From IMG/VR virus record IMGVR_UViG_3300037264_003124, positions 6,443-70,442 of that record: 64,000 nucleotides of DNA; one strand, given 5' to 3'. Positions 8,818 to 18,469 of this stretch are shown here, one piece after another (positions within the stretch are counted from its first letter, which is position 1; each line of letters begins with the position of its first letter). The notes beneath the pieces are model-generated. The model did no database searches and had not been told where the DNA came from. It was given only the letters and a program-made list of their open reading frames with translations. A program made the position numbers and the translations under genes. The DNA comes from a virus.

Positions 8818-10206
8818 TTATCGCCATCGTTCTTCATATCCTTCGTCGTCGTTCATTTCTTCCAACGCCTCGCAATAGTTCGTGGCCACTAGTTCCTGAC
8901 GCGATGGAATTATTCGGCACTGCATCTCGGTCGCGTTCGTTGCACGATTGCGGTTCTTGGCGACGTAGATGAAATACCGATGGTACGGACTGTACGCCGC
9001 GTTCTCCTTGAGCGGCCATTGCAGAAATAGAATCACGTCAGCGTCTTGTTCGATCTGGCCGGAGTCGCGGAGGTCAGTCATCTTCGGTTCGACGCCGCGG
9101 ACCTGGCCATCGTCCTTGCGTGGCGTGCGGGTCTTGTCCGGTCGAGACAGTTGGCACAACAACACGATCACGAGATTGCGACGTAAGCAAACCCGCTTCA
9201 ACTCCATCGAGACGTTCGTGACTTGCTCGTATCGATTGTGACCAGCACCCTTAAGCAACTGAGCGTAATCCACCACGACGACTTTCACACCGGACGCCGC
9301 CGCCTTGTCGATTTGAGCGACAGCCGCCCGGACTGTTCCGCACGGCTCGGCAATGACAATAGGAGAGCGAGACGAAAAGAATCGCTTGCTGTCGGCAAGA
9401 ATTTGAGCCATGCGGTTTTTCCACTGTTCGGACGCCACTCGTGTTTGATGCAAGAGCGAGCGTCCAGCCAACAAGCTCGCGGACATTTCCTCACTGATTA
9501 CAAGACCCGGAAGCCTTCTCGTTGCGCAGTGCTCCAGAATCTGCATGGCACACATCGTTTTTCCATGTGTAGGTCGCGCACCAATCACAACCATTTCTCC
9601 AGGCGCAGCGCCGCCGCCTATCGCGTCGTCGAGCCCCGGCAGGCCGAGTTCAATCAGGTTTGGTTTATCCGTGGCAAGCGTGCCGAGAACTCTCAAACAC
9701 TCTTCGTTGAGCAACTTCGGACCAGCCGCATCGTTGTCCAAAAAACTAAGCTCCGATTCCATCGCCATGATTTCCTCGAAGCCAGCGTGACGCTCCGTGT
9801 CGGTAGCATCATTGAGCGTGCTGGCCTTAGATGCGATTTCTCGCCGTAGTCCCGTTTGAGCTACCAAGCGAGCGTAATACACGGCGTGCGCCCCGGTCAC
9901 GGTCGATTGCGTGATGTGGTCGACGAAGACTCCGGCGTCGGCCATGTGCTCGGCGGCCGATTCGGTCATGGCCACGTCCCGCCGTTCGCGGACCATGCGA
10001 AGGATTTGAACCACCTCGATTAGCGATTGCCTGGCGTGGAGCTCCAAGGCGGCCTCGTACACGGCCCGGTAGAGCCGGTCGAAAAAGTGCTCCGGCCGAA
10101 CGACTTGGGCGACGTCGGCCATCCGCCGTGGGTCGAGCAGGATTGACCCGACGAAGGCTCGTTCGGCGTCGTCGTCTCGGAGCTTGCTGTGGCGGCCGTC
10201 GGTCAT
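8818..10206 (-). CDS. dnaB: DnaB-like replicative helicase
   Basis: AERAFVGSILL N-domain, GARPTHGKT, VVVDYAQL, LCQLSR, DLRDSGQIEQDAD, AKNRN. Confidence 0.95.
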   Translation of the reverse strand: MTDGRHSKLRDDDAERAFVGSILLDPRRMADVAQVVRPEHFFDRLYRAVYEAALELHARQSLIEVVQILRMVRERRDVAMTESAAEHMADAGVFVDHITQSTVTGAHAVYYARLVAQTGLRREIASKASTLNDATDTERHAGFEEIMAMESELSFLDNDAAGPKLLNEECLRVLGTLATDKPNLIELGLPGLDDAIGGGAAPGEMVVIGARPTHGKTMCAMQILEHCATRRLPGLVISEEMSASLLAGRSLLHQTRVASEQWKNRMAQILADSKRFFSSRSPIVIAEPCGTVRAAVAQIDKAAASGVKVVVVDYAQLLKGAGHNRYEQVTNVSMELKRVCLRRNLVIVLLCQLSRPDKTRTPRKDDGQVRGVEPKMTDLRDSGQIEQDADVILFLQWPLKENAAYSPYHRYFIYVAKNRNRATNATEMQCRIIPSRQELVATNYCEALEEMNDDEGYEERWR

Positions 10207-11015
10207 TTACCGGATTCCTTTCGTTGCTTGGCCAACTCTCTCTCGCGGGCTATGAGAAACTTCTCGTTCGTGATAGCGAAACCTCCGTCGAACACCTGTG
10301 GCGTCTCTGGCTTGTCAAAGCGGCCTTCCGAGCGTTCCCAGGTGATTACAGCGGCCTTCCAGTCCACGATTGGCTTTCCGGTCCTGCCCTGGACCCACCC
10401 GTTCGCCCGATAGTGGGCATGGAACTTGACGGGGTCGACGGAGTTGCCGCGTTCCTGGCAGTAGGCCCGGACTTCTTCTTCGGAAGGTTCGACAAATCGC
10501 GTGGGCGCGCGCCTCCCTCTTCTTCCCTTCTTCCCTTCTTCCCTTCTTACTCCGTGTTCACTGTTGGTCCACTGTTGGTCCACTGTTGGTTCACTGTTGG
10601 TCCACTGTTGGTCCACTGTTGGTTCATTCGTGTCTGGTAAATCTTGGTAACGTGAGTAATTGCAAACAGTTACGATTGTGTAGTGCTGTTCACTTTTCAG
10701 GGAAATTTGACCACCTAACTCGAGATTTTTTAGCCTCCTCCACAAAGTCGATTCACTTGGTGGCGGAGTTTCCCGTTTGATTTTTCGCCCATCGGAATCT
10801 CGTTCCGGGTAAAGTTCGCTGTGCAGAGAACGCCTCCCGGTGATGAACTGACCTCGCTTGATATTGATCTGGCGAGTGCTGCCAGGAAGTAGAATATTCC
10901 TGTCCTGCCAATTCGCCCGTACCAGGCAGTAGACCCAGAGATGACAGAGTCCGTCGTGCTGCATCACGGCGCTAGTGAGCATCTTCCGATGAAGCTTGAT
11001 CCAGTCCCCGGCCAT
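10203..11015 (-). CDS. Phage replication initiator (lambda O/DnaD-like)
   Basis: MAGDWIKLHRK...RGQFITG; C-terminal F..P..EEV..YC...F..HY..NGW...DWKAAV.TW; internal iterons; directly upstream of dnaB. Confidence 0.85.
   Translation of the reverse strand: MAGDWIKLHRKMLTSAVMQHDGLCHLWVYCLVRANWQDRNILLPGSTRQINIKRGQFITGRRSLHSELYPERDSDGRKIKRETPPPSESTLWRRLKNLELGGQISLKSEQHYTIVTVCNYSRYQDLPDTNEPTVDQQWTNSEPTVDQQWTNSEHGVRREEGKKGRRGRRAPTRFVEPSEEEVRAYCQERGNSVDPVKFHAHYRANGWVQGRTGKPIVDWKAAVITWERSEGRFDKPETPQVFDGGFAITNEKFLIARERELAKQRKESGK
10516..10626. repeat. Putative replication origin iterons
   Basis: Six tandem 11-bp CACTGTTGGT(C/T) units (10559-10624) plus CCCTTCTT repeats (10516-10548), inside the initiator gene. 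Confidence 0.75.
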
Positions 11016-11091
11016 ATCCGTACCTCGCGGCCACTCCGGCCGCCCGTAAATCCATAAACAGTCCAAAGCCGCAGTCCGCGGCTTACAATGC

Positions 11092-11331
11092 CTAATCCGG
11101 AATTCCCTCTCGTTCGTCCCGTTCCGAGTTTCGGCGAATCTGCCGGATTACCATCTCGAAATGAGCTACCAAGTCGTCTAGTTCGGCCGGGTCGACGTAC
11201 CTCGGAACCTGAATGACCACCGGCTCAGACCACGGCAGCGAATAGTGCCACGTCGCAACTTCCCTACGCCTGAACGACTTTGGTTTCTTCGGTGGAGTCG
11301 CCGACGGTTGTTCTAATTTTTCTTCAGCCAT
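11092..11331 (-). CDS. Hypothetical protein
   Basis: 79-aa ORF in the operon. Confidence 0.5.
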   Translation of the reverse strand: MAEEKLEQPSATPPKKPKSFRRREVATWHYSLPWSEPVVIQVPRYVDPAELDDLVAHFEMVIRQIRRNSERDEREGIPD

Positions 11332-11371
11332 ATTTGTCCCACGTTCCGCCCGCGCGCCGCGGGCTAAATGC

Positions 11372-11590
11372 CTACTCCGAAATCGTCACTTCAATCGGCC
11401 GGCTCTTCAGCGTGACCGGCTCGCCGCCATCGAAGCGGCGCAGCTCCACTTCCGCCTCCGCAAGAAACGCCGTCTGCTCATCTTGCAGGGCTTTAATCAG
11501 CCGTTTGGCGAATTCTTCTCGCATCCTGTTGCCTGGATTGGTGACCTCAATCGTCTCGCGACCATCGCTAATCCTAATCTTGTAGTCCAT
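11372..11590 (-). CDS. Hypothetical protein
   Basis: 72-aa ORF in the operon. Confidence 0.5.
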   Translation of the reverse strand: MDYKIRISDGRETIEVTNPGNRMREEFAKRLIKALQDEQTAFLAEAEVELRRFDGGEPVTLKSRPIEVTISE

Positions 11591-11623
11591 CCGTACACCT
11601 TTTTGCCGACGCCGCGAAAATGG

Positions 11624-11917
11624 TCAGGCAATTGCCTCTCCGCTAGCTTCAATCATCTGCCGAATGGCCTCCCGCAGTCCCGGCACGTTCGGCCAAGTCT
11701 CCCGCACCCGCTGCCGTCGCTTCTCACGCTCTTTCTGTCCCGACCACAGCCTCCCCGCGTCCCCGCTGAACTTACATCCACATCCGCCGCACTCGTAATG
11801 TGGTGGATGCCACTCGTACAGCGTCACGATAAACCGCCGCCTCTGTTTGCACGTTGAGCAACGACGGATCGCACGGCCCTGCCAACTCTGCGGTCGGTAA
11901 ATGTGGACGTGGCTCAT
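11624..11917 (-). CDS. Zinc-ribbon hypothetical protein
   Basis: CSTC...CGGC. Confidence 0.55.
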   Translation of the reverse strand: MSHVHIYRPQSWQGRAIRRCSTCKQRRRFIVTLYEWHPPHYECGGCGCKFSGDAGRLWSGQKEREKRRQRVRETWPNVPGLREAIRQMIEASGEAIA

Positions 11918-11919
11918 TC

Positions 11920-12399
11920 TCAGTCAGCCGCTTCCTCCGGTTGTTCTTCCGCCGTCGTCACCAGTTCCTCAAACAGCGGTTGCGGCTCGTCCAGCGACTT
12001 CGTGAGCGCCTCCTCCCACCCCTTCAGATCGTCCTTAGCAGCGTCCGCGGCGTCCTTCGACGTGTTCATCCGACGCCGTGCATTCGTGACGTCACGCTGG
12101 GCCTCCTGGACCTCCTCGACCTCAGTCGCGGTAGAGATGATCCTGTTGCGTTTGGCGACGAGCAGCTTGTGCTCAGCCTTGGCCTGGCCGTGCTTCGCCT
12201 TCGCCTCCTCGAATTCCAGCCTGGCGTCGTTGACGTGCCGCTCGGCTTCTTTTGCGTTCACCAGGCGGTCCTCGGTAATCGCGACTTCGCCGTTGGCCTT
12301 GGTGGTTTTGTTCTTCTTCTTGCGAGGCGTCGCCGCAAGGCGGTTGTCGCGCCGCCGCCTGGTCTTCGCGGGCACTCGGGTGCGTGTTGGCATGTTCAC
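11920..12399 (-). CDS. Coiled-coil hypothetical protein
   Basis: Basic N-terminus, long heptad-like helical region, QPLFE near the C-terminus. Confidence 0.6.
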   Translation of the reverse strand: MNMPTRTRVPAKTRRRRDNRLAATPRKKKNKTTKANGEVAITEDRLVNAKEAERHVNDARLEFEEAKAKHGQAKAEHKLLVAKRNRIISTATEVEEVQEAQRDVTNARRRMNTSKDAADAAKDDLKGWEEALTKSLDEPQPLFEELVTTAEEQPEEAAD

Positions 12400-12423
12400 T
12401 CCTAGTGTTCAGGTTTTCAGATA

Positions 12424-12477
12424 AACCCCGCCCCCGCCGCGAGACCGGCAACGAGCCGGAGGCGGCGGGGGAAGGGG
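12424..12477 (-). terminator. GC-rich stem-loop after the SSB gene
   Basis: CCCCGCCCCCGCCGC...CCGG...CCGG...GCGGCGGGGGAAGGGG nested inverted repeat. Confidence 0.4.
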
Positions 12478-12487
12478 ACTTCAGATT

Positions 12488-13018
12488 TCAAAAGGGAATT
12501 TCTCCATCGGTTGGAGGTCCAACCGGCACAGTCTCTTTAACGGGCGGCCTCGCCTTTTTTGGGGCATTACCGTTGCCCTTGAGCGCCTTGCCAAACATCA
12601 CATTGAGCGCCCGGCTGACGTTGGGGTCGCTGTCCGTATCGACCCCACTTCCGGTCCCCGGCAGCTCCCACTTGTCGTACACCTTGTCGCCAACCTGTTC
12701 ATGCTTGCAGTGGACAACAATCTCCTTTCCGGAGAACGAATGGCCGTCTGGATTGGCCGGTTCTAGGTCACGGAAGTCGTCGCCTGTCCACCCCATCGCG
12801 CGCAGCTTGCCGACGACGTTTTCAATCGTTTTGTCCGTGATGTAGAGGTTTACGGCCCGCTCGTAAGTCCCTTCGACCGGCTCGCATTCCTCTTCCGTGA
12901 TGAATATTTCGTAGGGTTTGATGGCCAGAAAAAAGAACGGCGTGCCCTTGTCCTTTGACTTGTTGAAGCCTTGAGCCGTGACCGTGCACCAGTACCGTCC
13001 GGGGTTGTAGTACGCCAT
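12488..13018 (-). CDS. Phage single-stranded DNA-binding protein (DUF669/gp2.5-like)
   Basis: YNPGRY...SKDKGTP N-terminus; acidic-aromatic tail DGEIPF; follows the Sak4-like ATPase. Confidence 0.7.
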   Translation of the reverse strand: MAYYNPGRYWCTVTAQGFNKSKDKGTPFFFLAIKPYEIFITEEECEPVEGTYERAVNLYITDKTIENVVGKLRAMGWTGDDFRDLEPANPDGHSFSGKEIVVHCKHEQVGDKVYDKWELPGTGSGVDTDSDPNVSRALNVMFGKALKGNGNAPKKARPPVKETVPVGPPTDGEIPF

Positions 13019-13866
13019 TAGTTTGAACCTCCCTTGATAGCTGTCGTCAGATTCGTCCACGCTTCGCTTCCGGAGTTGCCCATGGGAATTTCTTCCGGCA
13101 GGCTGTAGCGGTTCTTGGCCTCATAGGCCGCGTGGTACTGCGTGTACATGACTCGCTCTTGGCCGCCGTGGGCCTTCGCCCTCCCGGCTTTTTTGTCTAC
13201 AACAACGAAGTAGTTTGCAAAGAGCACGATGTCCGCCCACTTGTGTGTGAGCGACCACGTTTTGTGGTGGCAGTCGGGCGCGTAGCGGTCGTAGTCTTCG
13301 CCCTCAGGATTGCGGAACGGCTTCACCTGCGAATGGCCAAGGAGCAAGGTTCGCATGCCCTTCTTGGTCCGCAGTTGATCGAGCCCGTTGAGAAATTGCC
13401 GCCAGTCGGCCAAGGCTACCTCGTAGCCCTTCTGGTAGCTCGCGAATCCTTTGTCGCCCCACTCGCCGTGAAAGTCCCGATTGCAAACGTGTTCGTGGCA
13501 CAATCGCTCCATGCCGCCCAGGGCGTCGATGACGAGACACTGATAGTCGTGCTCGCCCGTCAGCAGGGCCGCAATCGAATTGAGCACGTCATCCCATGTT
13601 TGAGCAGGCGGGAAGATGGGAATGTCCGCAGCAACCTGCCTGGCGTTCTTCAGCGTGTTGATTCCGTCCTCCTGCGCGTCGTGTAAAAAAACGCACTTCG
13701 GGATGGCAGCGCCAAACGAGGTTTTCCCCACGCCTGGCGGGCCGAACAGGACCATGGCGACTGGTCGAGCCTTTGCCGCAGTTGAAATCTCAGAAAGGAA
13801 GTCCCGTATGGGACCGGCCTGCGGAGGCCGGCTCGCTGCCGGTGGTCGCGCTAATGTCATGGCCAT
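13018..13866 (-). CDS. Sak4-like AAA_24 ATPase (annealase)
   Basis: GPPGVGKT, LVIDAL, LLGHS, WADIVLFA, EAKNRY. Confidence 0.85.
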   Translation of the reverse strand: MAMTLARPPAASRPPQAGPIRDFLSEISTAAKARPVAMVLFGPPGVGKTSFGAAIPKCVFLHDAQEDGINTLKNARQVAADIPIFPPAQTWDDVLNSIAALLTGEHDYQCLVIDALGGMERLCHEHVCNRDFHGEWGDKGFASYQKGYEVALADWRQFLNGLDQLRTKKGMRTLLLGHSQVKPFRNPEGEDYDRYAPDCHHKTWSLTHKWADIVLFANYFVVVDKKAGRAKAHGGQERVMYTQYHAAYEAKNRYSLPEEIPMGNSGSEAWTNLTTAIKGGSN

Positions 13867-14896
13867 TTTCTTCTCCAATCGTGCGGCAGGTAAGGGACCA
13901 GAACTTGTCAAGCGCCGCGTGCATGCAAGTCCCGAAATAGATTGCCTCTTTGTCTTTAGCGTCAACACGTTCGACAGAGAGGTCGTACTGATAATGTGCC
14001 TTACGCCTGCAAGTGAGAAATGTTCTCAGCCGTGAATTGCTAATCAGGTCTTCACCGTCTCCATCATAGTCAAGCTCTGAATGGCGTCTTTGTTTCTTTG
14101 TCCAACGATCGGAGGTGATTGAGTCTGACCCAGAACATACCCCCAAAAATTGGCAAGGCACGCCATAGGCCATGCAAGCACCAGCGTTGCGGTAGTGCGT
14201 CCCATCGTTGCGCGCCTCACGCATCGAATCGGCAGTGCTCCAAAGCTCGCCAGCATACTCAATCAATTCATCGTTCGTGCGGACTACGGAGCGACGAGCG
14301 AAATAGCGGTTCGGGTTTTCAACTGTCTCCGCAGCGACCCGCAGGGCGAACAACTCCACGTTCTCGCGTTCCTCTCGCGTGTACCACTCTCGTGAGTAGT
14401 CGGAGATTCGATGGCCACAATAAGTGCCCGTCGCCACAATGCCTTGTCGTTCCTTCTTGGCCAGCTTTTTGGGCCGAATGCCCGGCTTCCGGATGACGTC
14501 CCAGACGATGCGATCCACTTTCAAGCCATTGAGCCATAGCAGCAGCTCGTAATGTTGGTGCTGAGAATCAACCTGGAGCGTTCGCCAATAGACCGCGTTC
14601 GGATCTTCAATGTCCTGCGAGGTCGTCTTGTGATCGTAGAGCACGCGTGCCCCGTCCTCGCGAACGAGCTTGTCAATCTTGCCGGCCACGCGCCACGTCC
14701 GGCTCGGCTTGCCAGTTGCTGGATTTATCAGCGGACCAACGTAGGTCCGCTCCATTGCCTCGATCTGTTTCGACGCCATACCCTCGCCCCACATCGTCGC
14801 GTAGCCGCACATCAGTCCCTTGACCGTGGCGGCAACGATTTCGTCGCCGCACGTCTCGTCAACCAGTCGATAGGTTTCTTGCAATGGGTCGTTCAT
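13790..14896 (-). CDS. PD-(D/E)XK Cas4/AddB-like exonuclease, apparently circularly permuted
   Basis: GKID...DHKT...Q..HY core and a C-x6-C-x5-C cluster, followed by the normally N-terminal SNSRL..F.TC.RK..Y.Y...FGT.MH.AL motif. Confidence 0.85.
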   Translation of the reverse strand: MNDPLQETYRLVDETCGDEIVAATVKGLMCGYATMWGEGMASKQIEAMERTYVGPLINPATGKPSRTWRVAGKIDKLVREDGARVLYDHKTTSQDIEDPNAVYWRTLQVDSQHQHYELLLWLNGLKVDRIVWDVIRKPGIRPKKLAKKERQGIVATGTYCGHRISDYSREWYTREERENVELFALRVAAETVENPNRYFARRSVVRTNDELIEYAGELWSTADSMREARNDGTHYRNAGACMAYGVPCQFLGVCSGSDSITSDRWTKKQRRHSELDYDGDGEDLISNSRLRTFLTCRRKAHYQYDLSVERVDAKDKEAIYFGTCMHAALDKFWSLTCRTIGEENGHDISATTGSEPASAGRSHTGLPF

Positions 14897-14991
14897 TTCA
14901 AAAACTCAACAATACGCGGAGCGCGCCGTCCTGGCCTGCCTCCTGCCACGTCATGCTCGCGGTTCTCCGTGCGTTTTCCGACGCTCCGCTC

Positions 14992-15219
14992 CTAGTTTTT
15001 GTTCTTGATGCTCACTTCAAGTTCCAGCCCCAACGCCTCGCACCACCTGTCCAACACCTTCACGCTCGGTTGCGCCGCCCCACGCTCCAGCATGGACACA
15101 TAGGCCCAAGTCACCTTGAGCGCGTCGGCCAAGTCGCCTTGGTCGATGCCCTTGGCGACGCGGGCCGATATCAGTCTGCGTAGCATCTGGTCCGTCAGGA
15201 GCTTCCGTGCCGGGGTCAT
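14992..15219 (-). CDS. XRE/Cro-like HTH regulator
   Basis: ARVAKGIDQGDLADALKVTWAYVSMLERG..QPS. Confidence 0.85.
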   Translation of the reverse strand: MTPARKLLTDQMLRRLISARVAKGIDQGDLADALKVTWAYVSMLERGAAQPSVKVLDRWCEALGLELEVSIKNKN

Positions 15220-15431
15220 GTGTACATACTCGCTTTATCAATCGCGCCCCAAATGGCCGACAAGACCATCTGGCTCTCCTCCCAATTGCACCACTCCGCG
15301 TGCCGCCAAGCCTGCACTGTACGCACACACCGTTTCCAGTCGCGGACGCCGAACAACAGCACGCACGTCTGGCGCGACGAGGCGAACGGAAAACGCAGTC
15401 GGATGGCGACGGTGGGTTTGGTGGCGGTCAT
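15216..15431 (-). CDS. Hypothetical protein
   Basis: ATGA-coupled on both sides; GGAGG RBS. Confidence 0.45.
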   Translation of the reverse strand: MTATKPTVAIRLRFPFASSRQTCVLLFGVRDWKRCVRTVQAWRHAEWCNWEESQMVLSAIWGAIDKASMYT

Positions 15432-15673
15432 TTTTCCTCCACGGCTGCGCGGCCGGCTGGGGTTAGGGTGTAGGGACAACCGAACGGCTTAGTCTTCTGC
15501 TCAGGACAGATCAGCTTCTTGTCCAGAAGCGACCGCCCAGTTTCCGTGGCGCTGCTAGACTCTTCTGGTCCTTTTAGCAGCCACGTCTCGTGGAATGTCC
15601 CACTGCATCGGTACAGCTCCCAGCCGTCCCGCATCTTTTCGAGCACGTCGCGCTGTCTCTCGCTTAGCTTCAC
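15428..15673 (-). CDS. Winged-helix-like hypothetical protein
   Basis: KLSERQRDVL...SLLDKKLI...YTLTPAGRAA. Confidence 0.55.
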   Translation of the reverse strand: MKLSERQRDVLEKMRDGWELYRCSGTFHETWLLKGPEESSSATETGRSLLDKKLICPEQKTKPFGCPYTLTPAGRAAVEEK

Positions 15674-16035
15674 AACGGCCTCTCCTGAATATCCGTCTCA
15701 ATCGCCCGCACCAACTGCCGCAGCTTCGCCAGCAGGTCCGGCCGGCAGTCGTACCGGACATCCGGGTCGTAGTAATAATCCCGACCGTCGCACCACGTAT
15801 CCGCCGCGTTGAGCGCCGGAATCGGGATGTGCAGCGTCAGCCACTCCTGATCCACGTCGCTGAAGAATCCAATGTTGTCGCTGCCGAGCACGTTGGCCAC
15901 GGCTTCCATGTTTTCTTCGATGATGCGGTCGCGGGCATCTTGCCATGCTCCAAAGTCGATGTAGCCCGGTGGTGGCTCAATCTGCTCGTTCTCTGGCGGG
16001 GTGAACCGGGATGGAATGTCCAGGGCTTGGCTCAT
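15670..16035 (-). CDS. Hypothetical protein
   Basis: Coupled ORF starting MSQALDIP... Confidence 0.5.
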   Translation of the reverse strand: MSQALDIPSRFTPPENEQIEPPPGYIDFGAWQDARDRIIEENMEAVANVLGSDNIGFFSDVDQEWLTLHIPIPALNAADTWCDGRDYYYDPDVRYDCRPDLLAKLRQLVRAIETDIQERPL

Positions 16036-16316
16036 TCTGTCGCTCCCTGAAGGTTTATTCTGTTTCGCCGCTTGGCCTCCGCGCCGTAGCGCTCCAGCGC
16101 GTGGTCGACGTAGACCTCGGCCGTTGGAGCTGGGAGTTGCGAGGCGGCGTAGGCTGGTCGGGCGAACAAGAGACCATACAACTCCTCGACCTCCATGCAC
16201 TCGCCGTGGAAATGCCGGTAGAGCTTCTCGGCCCGCTCTGCGGCGGACACGTTGTAGGCGTACAGGCTCAGGGCCACGGCCACGTCGAGCGGTGATAGGT
16301 CGTCGTAGTTAAGCAT
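16032..16316 (-). CDS. Hypothetical protein
   Basis: Coupled ORF MLNYDDLSP... with GGAGGGG upstream. Confidence 0.5.
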   Translation of the reverse strand: MLNYDDLSPLDVAVALSLYAYNVSAAERAEKLYRHFHGECMEVEELYGLLFARPAYAASQLPAPTAEVYVDHALERYGAEAKRRNRINLQGATE

Positions 16317-16608
16317 CGGTCCCCTCCGTGGCGAGGCGGATGGCGGCACGGATTTTTTTCAGGGCCAGAACGTCTGATTCATCGGCACTAAGTCGCATCA
16401 CAGAGGCAGCTATGAGACACGCCGCCAGCAGCGCTGGCGCCGCGGCTATCAGCCGCCCATTCTCCCGCGTCTCCGCCGGCGTCTTGTCATCGTCGTGGAT
16501 GACCCAGGCGATGTTCGCCCCGTTTGCGGCCCCGATATCGCAGCCAGGGTGCGTGCCGATCTCGCGGAACGTGCCGCAGTGCCAGGGGAGTGCTGTGTGG
16601 GGGGTCAT
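16309..16608 (-). CDS. Phage protein of the HTPGPW...NARLIAAAP type
   Basis: HTALPW...ENGRLIAAAPALLAAC. Confidence 0.7.
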   Translation of the reverse strand: MTPHTALPWHCGTFREIGTHPGCDIGAANGANIAWVIHDDDKTPAETRENGRLIAAAPALLAACLIAASVMRLSADESDVLALKKIRAAIRLATEGTDA

Positions 16609-16637
16609 GTTGGCCTTTCGCGGGGCGGGGCGGGGGG

Positions 16638-17663
16638 TTAAACTGCTTCCATCCGTTCGGATGACACGCGAAGAGTCTGTATCTCACGCCCCTCGCGCCA
16701 CGCATTCCAGCACGTAATGCAAAGACGATACATCGACTCTTGCGAGATCAGGGAGTTCTTGGCCATCCTTGCGATCGTGGTCCCGCAACCACCCTTGACG
16801 TTGCTCGTCAGCAGCATCTTGTGCAATCGTTTCCGTGGATCACCAGCGGACTTCAAGTTCAAGCCGCTTACGACAGGCTCCCAAAACTCGGGTGACTCCG
16901 CTGGCTGTTTCGAGAAGGTTTCCAGCATTGCCGCCACCACGGGAGCACGTCGCACGTGGCGTATTTCATCTGTTCCGAAGCGAGTTAGAAACTTGATGAC
17001 GTGCTGCGTGACAACCTTCTCGCCTTCAAGCAATAGGTACGCAATGTCTTCCGCGTCGTGTTCCTGCCTCTCGTGGATCGTGCTCCATTTCCACATATTC
17101 ATAGCTGGGGCAAGTTGGGCGCGAACGTGACCAGGGCAATCCGTGAAGTCCTTCGTACCGCCCACGTAAGAATCAATGACATTCGCCTTCGTCCTGGCAG
17201 CTCCTCGGTCGATTGTGCTGTATAGGCGTCGCATATCGGCTTCGGTCTCGGCTGAGTAACGCACTAGCTTAACCGGCGCACGGAGGGAAGCCGCCAAGAG
17301 GCGAGAGTGGCAAGTGTGCTGGCCGTTCATCCGGAACGTCGTGCCCGCGGCGTGCTCGCCATGCGCCTCTCGGCAGCGGCACGTAATCAGCGTGACGAGA
17401 TTCCAGTGGAATGTCCCGCGTCGCATGTGTCGCAGCAGGGTCTTGACGTGCGTCTTTCTGAGCGGTCGCTCCGAATGAAAGGCTGGCATCGCGAGCAACT
17501 CATGGGCCAAGTCAGTTGTCAATTCCACGTTCTCCTGACTCGTGAGCTTGAGGGACCCGCCCAAGGACTTGATGTCGTAAAAGCCGTTGCTGCTAACCTC
17601 TTCGCTTGACTCCGCAGCCGCCTTTTGCTTGGCTCTCTTTACGCGGGCTTGTATTCTTGCCAT
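16638..17663 (-). CDS. ParB/DGQHR-like domain protein
   Basis: T.DLA.ELL...RPLR..HV......M..G.F and NGQH motifs; TIDRG..RT. Confidence 0.65.
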   Translation of the reverse strand: MARIQARVKRAKQKAAAESSEEVSSNGFYDIKSLGGSLKLTSQENVELTTDLAHELLAMPAFHSERPLRKTHVKTLLRHMRRGTFHWNLVTLITCRCREAHGEHAAGTTFRMNGQHTCHSRLLAASLRAPVKLVRYSAETEADMRRLYSTIDRGAARTKANVIDSYVGGTKDFTDCPGHVRAQLAPAMNMWKWSTIHERQEHDAEDIAYLLLEGEKVVTQHVIKFLTRFGTDEIRHVRRAPVVAAMLETFSKQPAESPEFWEPVVSGLNLKSAGDPRKRLHKMLLTSNVKGGCGTTIARMAKNSLISQESMYRLCITCWNAWREGREIQTLRVSSERMEAV

Positions 17664-18469
17664 AATTCGATCCTCCGTTGAAACTCCGCGAACAACTTGA
17701 CGCACTCGGCGTGGTCTTCCAAGCCGCCAAGCCTGTCAGCACGCCGTTTCATCCAATCAGTCAGTTGTTCGCACAAGGACAAAAACTCGCCGTCACGAAA
17801 CGGACGTGACGGCTTTTTCTTTTTCTTGGACTTAGGCTTGTTGCCGACGAGCTTCTTGTAGACGCCAAACACTTTTCCCGTCCTGTCCATCTCCTCACGC
17901 AAGGCTCCGTATTTCTCTGGTTCAGCTTCGGCGGCTTCGACGACAGCCTTGGCACGCTGATAAGTTGCCCCGCTCATGCCAACGGCCGCGCCGACTTTTT
18001 CGCGAGTCATCGGGGCGCGAGTTCTGCTTGACGATAACTTATCGTCAAGCTGACTTTGACGAGCCTTGCCTCCGCGTTTTTGGCCTTCGACTTTTCTTGC
18101 CGCCGACTTCGGCTCCTCAAGTGCCTCGATCGCCTTTCCCATGTTCACGGCCTCCGATGGGGTGAAGCCCTCCCGACAGGTGTTCTCGTCGCGCTCCGCG
18201 ATCAGCCGAGCCGCTGCATCATCCAGGTCGTTCGCGATTACCGCGTCGATGTGCGTCCGCGCCATCTGCTTGAAGGCAGTCAGCCGTCGATAGCCGGCGA
18301 CCAGTTGCTTGCTTGGTCCGATGGTGATGGGGTGGATCAGGCCAACAGCCTGGATGCTCTGGCGAAGAGCGGCCATGTCGCCCATGTCTTCTCGGTGGCG
18401 GACGCCGATTACGACGTCGGACACAGCGACGCGCACGAGCGCACGCGATTCCTTCGGAGTTGCCTTCAT
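17639..18469 (-). CDS. ParB N-terminal domain protein with HTH
   Basis: LRQSIQAVGLIHPITI...LVAGYRRL..., DENTCR..FTPSE. Confidence 0.85.
   Translation of the reverse strand: MKATPKESRALVRVAVSDVVIGVRHREDMGDMAALRQSIQAVGLIHPITIGPSKQLVAGYRRLTAFKQMARTHIDAVIANDLDDAAARLIAERDENTCREGFTPSEAVNMGKAIEALEEPKSAARKVEGQKRGGKARQSQLDDKLSSSRTRAPMTREKVGAAVGMSGATYQRAKAVVEAAEAEPEKYGALREEMDRTGKVFGVYKKLVGNKPKSKKKKKPSRPFRDGEFLSLCEQLTDWMKRRADRLGGLEDHAECVKLFAEFQRRIELWQEYKPA

Noticed and set aside
13790-14896. Cas4-like gene as evidence of a CRISPR-Cas system
   Set aside because: No array and no cas1/cas2; its context is a phage recombination module.
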